Assembly: GCA_049515135.1 (NCBI GenBank)
Contig: JBEKUJ010000005.1
Location: 227,252 to 291,251 of the forward strand
DNA length: 64,000 nt
Direction of reading: 5' to 3'
DNA from: Spirochaetia bacterium
Lineage (GTDB): Bacteria > Spirochaetota > Spirochaetia > SZUA-6 > Fen-1364
Positions 56,767 to 64,000 of this stretch are shown piece by piece. A program made the translations under genes and the position numbers. Position 1 is the stretch's first letter; each line of letters starts with the position of its first letter. The notes beneath the pieces are model-generated. The model worked only from the letters and a program-made list of their open reading frames with translations, was not told the origin of the DNA and ran no database searches.

Positions 56767-56782
56767 TGCCGGAGGTCAAGGG

Positions 56783-57475
56783 ATGAAGACAATCGGCCTG
56801 ATTGGCGGGATGAGCTGGGAATCCTCCATCGAGTACTACAGGATCATCAACGAAGAAGCCCGCGCGCGGCTGGGCAAGCTGCACTCCGCGCAAAGCCTCA
56901 TGTACTCCGTGGATTTTGCGGGGATCGAGGAGATGCAGCGGGAGGGCCGGTGGGAAGAGGCTACGGAGTGCATGATCGACGCCGCGCGGCGGCTGGAGAA
57001 AGGCGGAGCCGATTTCGTTGTCATCTGCACCAACACCATGCACCGGATGGCGGACGAGGTGCAGGCCAGCATCGGCATCCCGGTCCTTCACGTGGTGGAT
57101 GCGGCTGCCGATGCCGTGAAGAGCAAGGGCCTTCGCTCCGTGGGTCTGCTGGGCACTCGGTTCACCATGGAAGAAGAGTTCTACCGGGGCCGGCTGGCCA
57201 GGAAGCACGGGCTGGAGGTCCATGTGCCCGAGCCCGGCGATCGGGAGCGCGTGCATCGTGTCATCTACGATGAGCTTATTGCCGGAGAGCTGAGGCAGCA
57301 GTCCAGGGAAGCGTTCCTGCGAATCATCGAGGCCCTTGTCGCACGCGGAGCGCAAGGGATCATCCTGGGGTGCACGGAGATCGGGCTCCTGGTCAAAGAC
57401 GGGGATTGCTCTGTGCCGCTGTTCGACACCACGCGGATCCACGCGCTTGCCGCGGTGGAGCGGGCGCTCGCTTGA
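56783..57475 (+). CDS. Aspartate/glutamate/hydantoin racemase family protein
   Basis: MKTIGLIGGMSWESSIEYY and GADFVVICTNTMH match the family. RBS GGAGG. Confidence 0.8.
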   Translation: MKTIGLIGGMSWESSIEYYRIINEEARARLGKLHSAQSLMYSVDFAGIEEMQREGRWEEATECMIDAARRLEKGGADFVVICTNTMHRMADEVQASIGIPVLHVVDAAADAVKSKGLRSVGLLGTRFTMEEEFYRGRLARKHGLEVHVPEPGDRERVHRVIYDELIAGELRQQSREAFLRIIEALVARGAQGIILGCTEIGLLVKDGDCSVPLFDTTRIHALAAVERALA

Positions 57476-57480
57476 GAGCC

Positions 57481-58950
57481 TCAGGGACCCTCGGGGCGGA
57501 GGGCAAAGGAGAAGCGGGTTCCCCTGTTCATTCTGCTTTCAACCTTGAGCGCGCTTCCGTGCAGCTCCACGATCTCGCGCGCAATGGCAAGCCCGAGCCC
57601 TGCGCCTCCGCGTGAGCGGTCCCTGCTCGGGTCAGCGCGATAGAACCTGTCGAATATGTGGGGGAGGTCCTCTGGCCCGATTCCGCTGCCCGTGTCGGCA
57701 ACGCTGACTTCCACGGCCTCGCCCTGCCGCGACAGGGCAATACGCACCGAGCCCCCTGCCGGTGTGTAGGCCAGGGCGTTCTCTATCAGGTTGGTGAGCA
57801 CGCGCTCGACAAGCCCGATGTCTCCCGTGACAAGGGGCAGGCTCTCCGGCGCGTCCACCGTCAGCAGCACGCCGGCGCCGTCGGCACCCGGTTTCAGCTT
57901 CAGCACGGCATCCTGGGCAAGCTCAGCCACCTGGAAAGGCTCACACTTCAGCTGCACCTGGCGGGTGTCCAGCTTCACCAGCTCGAACAGCTCTTCCACC
58001 AGCCGCTGCAGGCTGGCCGTGTTTTTCAGGCTGATCTCCAGAAACCGCCGCCGCTCTTCGGGGCCAAGGGAGGAATCCTTCAGCAGTATCGTCTCCAGGT
58101 ATCCGCGGATGGATGCAAGCGGGCTGCGAAGGTCGTGCGATATGTTGCCGATCAGCTCCTTGCGCATGCGCTCGGCCTCCCGCAACTTTTCCATGTCCGC
58201 CTCGATGGTGGCCGCCATCTCGTTGAAAGACCGTCCCAGCCCGGCCAGCTCGTCCCTGCCGCGGACCGCGACCCGCCGGTCGCGCTCTCCCTTTTCGAAC
58301 GCGCGAACGGCTTCGCTCAGGGCCCGAAGCGGCCGGGTGAGGAGGAAGAAGAGGGAGAGCCCGACGATGAGAGTGCAGAGAAGGGCAAGGAGGAGGGCGA
58401 TGATTCCCGCGCGAAGGATGTAGCTCTGGCGGATCATCCGCAGCGTGGCATCGTAGTGCTCCCCGCCCAGGATGATGTAGACATACCCCGTGGCGTCTCC
58501 CATGGCGAGCGGTGCCGCGGAAAACGGCTTTGCCCGGCCCGTGCTCCTGGGGTCGTCGCCAAGGATCAGCTGTTCTCCGCCAGAGTCCACAAACCTTCGA
58601 ACGGGTCCCATGTCAACGGAGCTTCGCAGCACGCGGTCTGAGGGTCCGGTGAAATAGGCAAGGATTTTTCCCAGCGCATCCAGGAGGTAGATCTCCACCA
58701 TCGGATTCAACACCATCATGTAGTGGATGGCGCCGCGCACGCGGCTCTCGTCGAACCCTCCGGCAACCATGGGCTGGATCTCAGCGGCAATGCTGCGCGC
58801 GTATTCCCGGTTCAGGACCTGCTCAACCGCGCTGAAGAGCTGGCGGGCGGAGTTGAACGCAATGCCGACCCAGCCCAGGCCAAGGACCACGACGAGGAGG
58901 AGGAAAATCGTCGAGATGCGGGCGTAGAAGGACCTGAAAATCTGACTCAC
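57481..58950 (-). CDS. Sensor histidine kinase (2 TM, HAMP, HisKA, HATPase_c)
   Basis: H-box ISHDLRSPLASIRGY. N-box LIENALAYTP. G-boxes DTGSGIGPEDL and GGAGLGLAIAREIV. Confidence 0.8.
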   Translation of the reverse strand: MSQIFRSFYARISTIFLLLVVVLGLGWVGIAFNSARQLFSAVEQVLNREYARSIAAEIQPMVAGGFDESRVRGAIHYMMVLNPMVEIYLLDALGKILAYFTGPSDRVLRSSVDMGPVRRFVDSGGEQLILGDDPRSTGRAKPFSAAPLAMGDATGYVYIILGGEHYDATLRMIRQSYILRAGIIALLLALLCTLIVGLSLFFLLTRPLRALSEAVRAFEKGERDRRVAVRGRDELAGLGRSFNEMAATIEADMEKLREAERMRKELIGNISHDLRSPLASIRGYLETILLKDSSLGPEERRRFLEISLKNTASLQRLVEELFELVKLDTRQVQLKCEPFQVAELAQDAVLKLKPGADGAGVLLTVDAPESLPLVTGDIGLVERVLTNLIENALAYTPAGGSVRIALSRQGEAVEVSVADTGSGIGPEDLPHIFDRFYRADPSRDRSRGGAGLGLAIAREIVELHGSALKVESRMNRGTRFSFALRPEGP

Positions 58951-59666
58951 CGGCCAAGCTCCGCCGGCTCGGCGAACCTGTATCCCACGCCCCAGACCGT
59001 CTTCAGGTAGCGCGGCTGGCCAGGGTCCTCCTCGATCTTGCTGCGGAGGCGGTTGATATGCGAGTTGACCGTGTGGTCATAGCCTTCGTACTGGTAGCCC
59101 CATACCAGGTTGAGCAGGTCCGTCCTGCTGTATGTCCTGCCCGGGTTGCGGGCAAAAAGGGCAAGGAGGTCGAACTCCTTCACGGTCAGCTCTACCGTCC
59201 TGTCAGAAAGGGTCACCTTCCGCTTTTCGAAGTCTATCGAGATCTCACCCACGCGAACCCGGCCGCCTGCGGGCTTGCCGGCCGCGGCCTCCCGGTCGGT
59301 CTCCACACGGCGCAGAAGAGCCTTCACCCTGGCCATCAGCTCCCGGACGCTGAAGGGCTTTGTCATGTATTCATCCGCGCCAAGCTCCAGCCCCAGGACC
59401 CTGTCCACCTCCTCAGATTTCGCGGTCAGCATGAGAATGGGAGTGTACGGGTTTCTCTCCCTGATGCGCCGGCACACGGAAATCCCGTCCAGCTCCGGGA
59501 GCATGATGTCCAGGATGATCAGAGAGTGCCCGCCGGTGAGCGCTTTCTGGAGGCCCACTTTTCCGTCATGAGCGCGTTCGGTCCGAAACCCCAGGTCACG
59601 CAGGTTCATTGCAACAACGTCAGAGATTTCGCGGTCGTCATCTATGATGAGGACGCTGCCTTCCAT
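58947..59666 (-). CDS. Response regulator, OmpR/PhoB family (REC plus winged-helix DNA-binding domain)
   Basis: True start MEGSVLIIDDD at 59666, preceded by GGAGG. LMLTAKSEEVDRVLGLELGADEYMTKPF plus a C-terminal trans_reg_C. A 4-nt overlap with the kinase gene. Confidence 0.85.
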   Translation of the reverse strand: MEGSVLIIDDDREISDVVAMNLRDLGFRTERAHDGKVGLQKALTGGHSLIILDIMLPELDGISVCRRIRERNPYTPILMLTAKSEEVDRVLGLELGADEYMTKPFSVRELMARVKALLRRVETDREAAAGKPAGGRVRVGEISIDFEKRKVTLSDRTVELTVKEFDLLALFARNPGRTYSRTDLLNLVWGYQYEGYDHTVNSHINRLRSKIEEDPGQPRYLKTVWGVGYRFAEPAELGR

Positions 59667-59712
59667 CTCTCGGCCTCCGAATGAAATGTACGAAAATGAT
59701 ATACTCGCGGCC

Positions 59713-60741
59713 ATGAAAGCGGTGCGCATGGTTGGTGCGGGCAGGCCTCTGGAACTTTTCGATGTCCCTGTTCCCGCAGTCGGTGACAGGGACGTCCTTG
59801 TCCGGGTGAAGGCGGCTGGCATCTGTCATTCCGACGCCCACTACCGGGCAGGCACGGTCCCCGTCCGGCCGCTGCCAATGACGCTTGGCCACGAGGTGGC
59901 CGGCGTTGTCGAAAAGGCCAGCGCCGGGGCAGCCAGGGCGAAGCCGGGAGACCGGGTGGTGCTGCACTACAACATCACGTGCGGGGACTGCTATTTCTGC
60001 AGCACCGGAAACGAGCAGTTCTGCCCCACCGGCCTCATGCTGGGTCATTTCACCGACGGCGGATTCGCCGAGTTTATCGCCGTGCCTGCCCGCAACGCGC
60101 TCCCCCTTCCACCGGAAATCCCCTTCGAGCAGGGAGCAACCCTCATGTGCGCCTCGGCAACCTCGTTCCATGCGCTTCGAAAAGCGCGGCTCAGGGCAGG
60201 GGAGAAGGCAGCCGTGTTCGGTATCGGGGGGCTGGGCTTGTCTGCTGTCCAGCTCGCAATGGCCTTTGGCGCGGTGGAGGTTTTTGCAGTGGACAGGCTG
60301 GAGGAGAAGCTGGAGCTGGCGGCTCGCTACGGAGCCGTCCCTGTGAACGCCGCCCGGGTCGACCCTGTCGAAGAGATCCGTCGATTCACCGGCGGCCGGG
60401 GGGTGGATGTGGCCGTGGAGGTCATAGGCCGCGCCTCTACCATGCACCAGGCCCTGCGCTGCGTCGGGCCCATGGGCAGGGCTGTCATCGTGGGAATCGG
60501 AAAAGAGCCGCTGTCAGTGGACACCTATGGCGAGCTGCTGGGCAACGAGGTCGAGCTGATCGGCTCCAATGACCACCTGCTGCAGGAGCTGCCGCAGCTG
60601 CTTGAGATGGCGCGAAGAGGCATCCTGGACACTTCCCGGGTGGTGACGCGGACCATCCCCCTGGACGCCGCCGCGATCAACGGCGCCCTTGACGCGCTTG
60701 AAGGATACGAGGGCGGCCTGCGGACCGTCATAGTTCCGTAG
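59713..60741 (+). CDS. Zinc-binding alcohol dehydrogenase (MDR family)
   Basis: GICHSDAH (catalytic Zn), a structural-Zn Cys cluster CGDCYFCSTGNEQFC, and GIGGLG (NAD binding). Confidence 0.8.
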   Translation: MKAVRMVGAGRPLELFDVPVPAVGDRDVLVRVKAAGICHSDAHYRAGTVPVRPLPMTLGHEVAGVVEKASAGAARAKPGDRVVLHYNITCGDCYFCSTGNEQFCPTGLMLGHFTDGGFAEFIAVPARNALPLPPEIPFEQGATLMCASATSFHALRKARLRAGEKAAVFGIGGLGLSAVQLAMAFGAVEVFAVDRLEEKLELAARYGAVPVNAARVDPVEEIRRFTGGRGVDVAVEVIGRASTMHQALRCVGPMGRAVIVGIGKEPLSVDTYGELLGNEVELIGSNDHLLQELPQLLEMARRGILDTSRVVTRTIPLDAAAINGALDALEGYEGGLRTVIVP

Positions 60742-61666
60742 GCACAGTCTCGTTTATCCTGGTGAGGTCAAGGACCAGCTCGCCGCGATGGTCCGCGTGG
60801 AACGCGGGAACGAAGCGAGCCCCCCAGACGATCTCGTCCCAGCGGAACGAGGTGCGGGCATTCACGACCTGGTTGAAGGAGTCGTCGAAGCCCGTGATAA
60901 GGACCAGGAGCTCCGCGGAGCGCTCGGCGAGCTGTTCTTTTGCCAGCCCGGAGAGAGGGCTCGATTCGTTGATTGGATGAACGATGGTCCACGTCAGGGG
61001 AAGGAAGTAGACAGTGGACCGCTCAAGCTCCAACCGCACATACCTGCGCTTCTGCTGGCCCTCCACCTGCTCGACGGTCATCAGAAGCACCGTTGCCTCC
61101 AGGTTTACGATTGCGTTCGACCTCCTGTTTGCAATGCGGAACTGCAGGCTGACGCCGTCGTGGAAAGGGCAGATGATTGCGCGGTCGCTGAAGAGGATCC
61201 TGGCGGAAGGCCGCGAGAACCGCCCGTACAGAAGCCCTGCGGCAAACGCGAAACCCATGACCCCCATCATCGCCTCGAGGCTGGCTATCGCATTTGTCGC
61301 AATCCCCCGGGGCGAGATGGCTCCGTAACCGACCGTGGTCAGGGTCTGCACGCTGAAGAAGAATGCGTTCAGCAACGATTCTCCGCGAGTCAGTGCGTGA
61401 GCTCCGGCAAGGTTCTCAAGCCCTGCCGCAATGTAAAGGCCCGCGAAGATCAGGTTCACGCCGATAAAGAGAGCCAGGACCAGGCCCATGAAAGCGGGCC
61501 ATGACAGAGAGAGCAGCAGCTGGTAGACGTGCAGGTCCTTGAGGCTTCCGCCCTTCCTGCGCACATTAAAGGAACCGTCCCGGTTGATGACCCTGCGAAG
61601 CTCGCCGGCGTAGGTCTGCGTTATCCCAGGATCGAACTGCTGCTGGTTCAAAGGCGCGCTGCTCAT
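60728..61666 (-). CDS. Inward-rectifier-type potassium channel (KirBac-like)
   Basis: Selectivity filter TTVGYG between two TM helices. The cytoplasmic C-terminal Ig-like domain (FSDRAIICPFHDG...VNLEATVLLM) is typical of the Kir family. Confidence 0.75.
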   Translation of the reverse strand: MSSAPLNQQQFDPGITQTYAGELRRVINRDGSFNVRRKGGSLKDLHVYQLLLSLSWPAFMGLVLALFIGVNLIFAGLYIAAGLENLAGAHALTRGESLLNAFFFSVQTLTTVGYGAISPRGIATNAIASLEAMMGVMGFAFAAGLLYGRFSRPSARILFSDRAIICPFHDGVSLQFRIANRRSNAIVNLEATVLLMTVEQVEGQQKRRYVRLELERSTVYFLPLTWTIVHPINESSPLSGLAKEQLAERSAELLVLITGFDDSFNQVVNARTSFRWDEIVWGARFVPAFHADHRGELVLDLTRINETVPTEL

Positions 61667-61673
61667 GGAAGCC

Positions 61674-62444
61674 TCAGGGATTCAGGACGTAGATAACGCC
61701 AAAGGACGCGACCCACCTGCTGTAGGTGACCCGGTACGGACTATTGCCCGCCGCCAGCCATTGCTGTGACGAGCTCCAGGCAGTAGCCTTGTAGGAGCCG
61801 CCAAGCTCCAGCATCAGCTCGGGGGTGAGGTGGTAGTGGACCCCGACCCAGGGGTAGCTCTCGTACATGAGCGTGGTTCCGTAGTTCAGCGGAAACCAGG
61901 CCTCGTAGGCTGCCGAAAAATCCATGAAAGGCTGCCGATCCACAAGCCAGAAGAAGGTGAGCTCCGGCCGCGCCACGATCGACTGCTGGTTTTCGAAGGT
62001 GTTGTATATATAGCGGCCTTTCAGCATGAGCACCCACGAGCGTCCGGGAAGAAAATCCAGGAGGAAGCGCGGGCTTGCATCGAGCATGAGCTCGTTCTCG
62101 AAACGCCCGACCGTGCTCTGCCAGGACCAGGGAAGAGGGCTCGGGTTGGAAACCCAGTCATCGTCGTGGCGCACCCCGGCCTGGAGGCGATAGAAGGCGC
62201 CCACCTTCAGGTTCTTCAAAGGCCGGTAATAGCCGCCGATGGTGAGGGCCCGATACTGGAAAGTCATACCAGCGTCCTCCAGCCTGCCGGTGATGTCAGC
62301 AAGAAAATCGAAGCTGCCCGACTGGAGGATGAGAGCGGTCCGGCCTTCCAGCTCCAGTGTTCCGTTCGGAGCAGAGGGGAGGTTGTCCGCAAAGCAGGGC
62401 GCTGAAACCAGGGCCGCCAGGAGAAGGAAGGAGCCTGTTCTCAT
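61674..62444 (-). CDS. Outer-membrane beta-barrel-like hypothetical protein
   Basis: Signal peptide MRTGSFLLLAALVSAPCFA. Alternating aromatic/hydrophobic beta-strand pattern. The C-terminal residue is preceded by YVLNP. Confidence 0.4.
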   Translation of the reverse strand: MRTGSFLLLAALVSAPCFADNLPSAPNGTLELEGRTALILQSGSFDFLADITGRLEDAGMTFQYRALTIGGYYRPLKNLKVGAFYRLQAGVRHDDDWVSNPSPLPWSWQSTVGRFENELMLDASPRFLLDFLPGRSWVLMLKGRYIYNTFENQQSIVARPELTFFWLVDRQPFMDFSAAYEAWFPLNYGTTLMYESYPWVGVHYHLTPELMLELGGSYKATAWSSSQQWLAAGNSPYRVTYSRWVASFGVIYVLNP

Positions 62445-63115
62445 TGGTAGTCGTGGTTCAGCAGGTCGCTGTAGGCCTGATCGAGGCTCGTATGGTCTTG
62501 CACGCCGCCGTTGGCTGCGTCCATGTTCCAGTTGAGCCCGCGGGTCCACGTGTAGCTGCGCGCCGGCGTCAGCTTCTCACCGCCGACGATGTTGATCCCC
62601 TTGCCGGCCGGAACCAGGGTATGCTGGTTCGCCGCTGGGATCGAGACGTCGACGAGCCCCGAATTGACGCACAGCCAGATGTCGCGCTGACTGTCGATGG
62701 TTCTTCCATACGCCACGAAGAACTCCGTCCCGCGAACGCCGGCCACAACGCGTTCCACCTGCACGGAGAAGCTGCCGGAAAGCTTCCCGAGGATTCGGGT
62801 GAAAACCGCGCCCGTGGTGAGAGAGACTTTCGTATCGCTCCCGATGGCGTCGATGACAACGCTGGTGCTCTCCCTGAGCTTGAGCTGTGTTGCGTTGGAC
62901 AGGTCGATCACGGCAAGGCCGTCCGGTCCTGTCGTGACCAGGTCACCCTGGGACAGCCTGGTGCCGGGCCCGGCATCCTGCGAGCTGCCCCCGCTCGTCA
63001 CGGTCACCGTCCCTTCGGTGTAAATCACCTGGCCTTCCAGCGCAAAAACAGCGGCGGGACCTGCGAGTGCGGAGATCACAAGTGCTCCCAGCGTCAATCG
63101 GCGGACCGCGCCCAT
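62441..63115 (-). CDS. FecR-domain protein (secreted/periplasmic)
   Basis: True start MGAVRRLTLGALVISALAGPAAVFA, preceded by AGGAGG. Central GDLVTTGPDGLAVIDLSNATQLKLRESTSV is FecR-fold-like. Confidence 0.5.
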   Translation of the reverse strand: MGAVRRLTLGALVISALAGPAAVFALEGQVIYTEGTVTVTSGGSSQDAGPGTRLSQGDLVTTGPDGLAVIDLSNATQLKLRESTSVVIDAIGSDTKVSLTTGAVFTRILGKLSGSFSVQVERVVAGVRGTEFFVAYGRTIDSQRDIWLCVNSGLVDVSIPAANQHTLVPAGKGINIVGGEKLTPARSYTWTRGLNWNMDAANGGVQDHTSLDQAYSDLLNHDYQ

Positions 63116-63240
63116 AGTCGCCTCCTGTGCCTTGAATATACTCCTCTCGTGTGGCGTAGCCACTCTAGGAGCGTGTCGGGCGATGGTACGTCTGATTCGG
63201 GCAGACACTTCTACCGGATATCGCGCTTTGCGCGATTTGC

Positions 63241-64000
63241 CTAGAGGAGGTATCCCCAGGTCTGCAGGAGGTCGCCGTCCCTATGCCAGCGCTCCCCGAT
63301 ATCGGTGCGATAGAACATGTTGGGGATGACGATGTTCTTGACCCGGTTATACGCTTCCTTCCTGGCATCGTCCATGGTGGAGCCGGAGCCGGTGACCACA
63401 AGGGCATAACCCGAGTTGCCGGCAAGGCGCCAGTCCCCGTCAACCAGCCGCACATCGCAGGGGTGGACCCCGCCGTTCACGGGCTTGCGGAAGATGACCA
63501 CGGCGTCTTCGGAGAACTTCTTGAATGCCTCGGAGTCCACGAAGGGAAACGGGGGGACGGCAATGACGACGCAGATCTGGAACCCCTTCTTGGTGCGCAC
63601 GGTGATCCCCTGCCCGCGCGCCATTGCAGCAAGGAGGTCCGACCATCGCGAGAGCATCCCCTCGATCTGCAGGTTGATGGTGGGATAGCCGAACCGGCAG
63701 GTGAACTCCAGCGGAAAGATCCCCCGGGAGTTGGCGATGCAGTTGATGTCGATATAGCCGGTGTAGCGTACCGCGGCCAGCCGGTCTTTCATCTTCAGCA
63801 GCGTCTGCTGGAACAGGGTGCTGGAGCCGTGCCAGAAGCCCGAGGTCCCCATTTCACCCGTCTGCGGACCGATGTCATCGTTGAACATCCGTTTGTGCTC
63901 GAAGTTGACGAAGACAGGCTGGAGGAACTCCTTCCCATTGAAGAAGGCGCCGACAGCCACCTCGACTCCGGAGGCGTACTTCTGGAGCTGGAAGTTCTTG
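63241..64000 (-). CDS. purD: Phosphoribosylamine--glycine ligase (PurD), C-terminal part. The N-terminus lies beyond the window end.
   Basis: ATP-grasp and C-domain segments GYIDINCIANSRGIFPLEFTCRFGYP and DDARKEAYNRVKNIVIPNMFYRTDIG resemble PurD. The reading frame stays open to position 64000. Confidence 0.65.
   Translation of the reverse strand, partial: KNFQLQKYASGVEVAVGAFFNGKEFLQPVFVNFEHKRMFNDDIGPQTGEMGTSGFWHGSSTLFQQTLLKMKDRLAAVRYTGYIDINCIANSRGIFPLEFTCRFGYPTINLQIEGMLSRWSDLLAAMARGQGITVRTKKGFQICVVIAVPPFPFVDSEAFKKFSEDAVVIFRKPVNGGVHPCDVRLVDGDWRLAGNSGYALVVTGSGSTMDDARKEAYNRVKNIVIPNMFYRTDIGERWHRDGDLLQTWGYLL

Overview
This is a high-GC (roughly 60-66% in sampled stretches), gene-dense bacterial chromosomal segment of about 65 protein-coding genes on both strands. 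I saw no rRNA, tRNA or CRISPR arrays. Many genes overlap by ATGA/TGA start-stop pairs and many have GGAGG-type ribosome-binding sites. Gene content points to an anaerobic, Gram-negative-type organism: TonB plus a TonB-dependent receptor, a beta-barrel outer-membrane protein, an anaerobic sulfatase-maturase radical SAM enzyme, a ferredoxin:disulfide reductase and URO-D/MtaA-like methyltransferase paralogs.

Housekeeping genes are enolase, aspartyl-tRNA synthetase, SurE and a partial PurD at the 3' end. One long co-directional operon encodes an Opp/Dpp-type ABC importer with an oversized binding protein, followed by a cysteine-desulfurase-like enzyme, a SAM methyltransferase and SurE. Many transporters and regulators fill the rest of the window.

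The most unusual items are:
- A compositionally distinct island of about 3 kb (26.0-29.0 kb) encoding two tandem MutS-domain ATPase paralogs that lack a mismatch-recognition N-terminus.
- A DeoR-regulated module combining methylthioribose-1-phosphate isomerase, a class II aldolase and two URO-D-family methyltransferase-like genes, divided by a strikingly AT-rich (24% GC) palindromic intergenic region.
- A glutaredoxin-like protein fused in operon with an FTR-type [4Fe-4S] disulfide reductase carrying a rubredoxin domain.
- A three-gene operon containing a membrane-anchored Holliday-junction-resolvase-like nuclease.
- Two probable gene lesions: an MFS transporter broken at a T6 homopolymer, and a nitrilase/DUF2161 junction.
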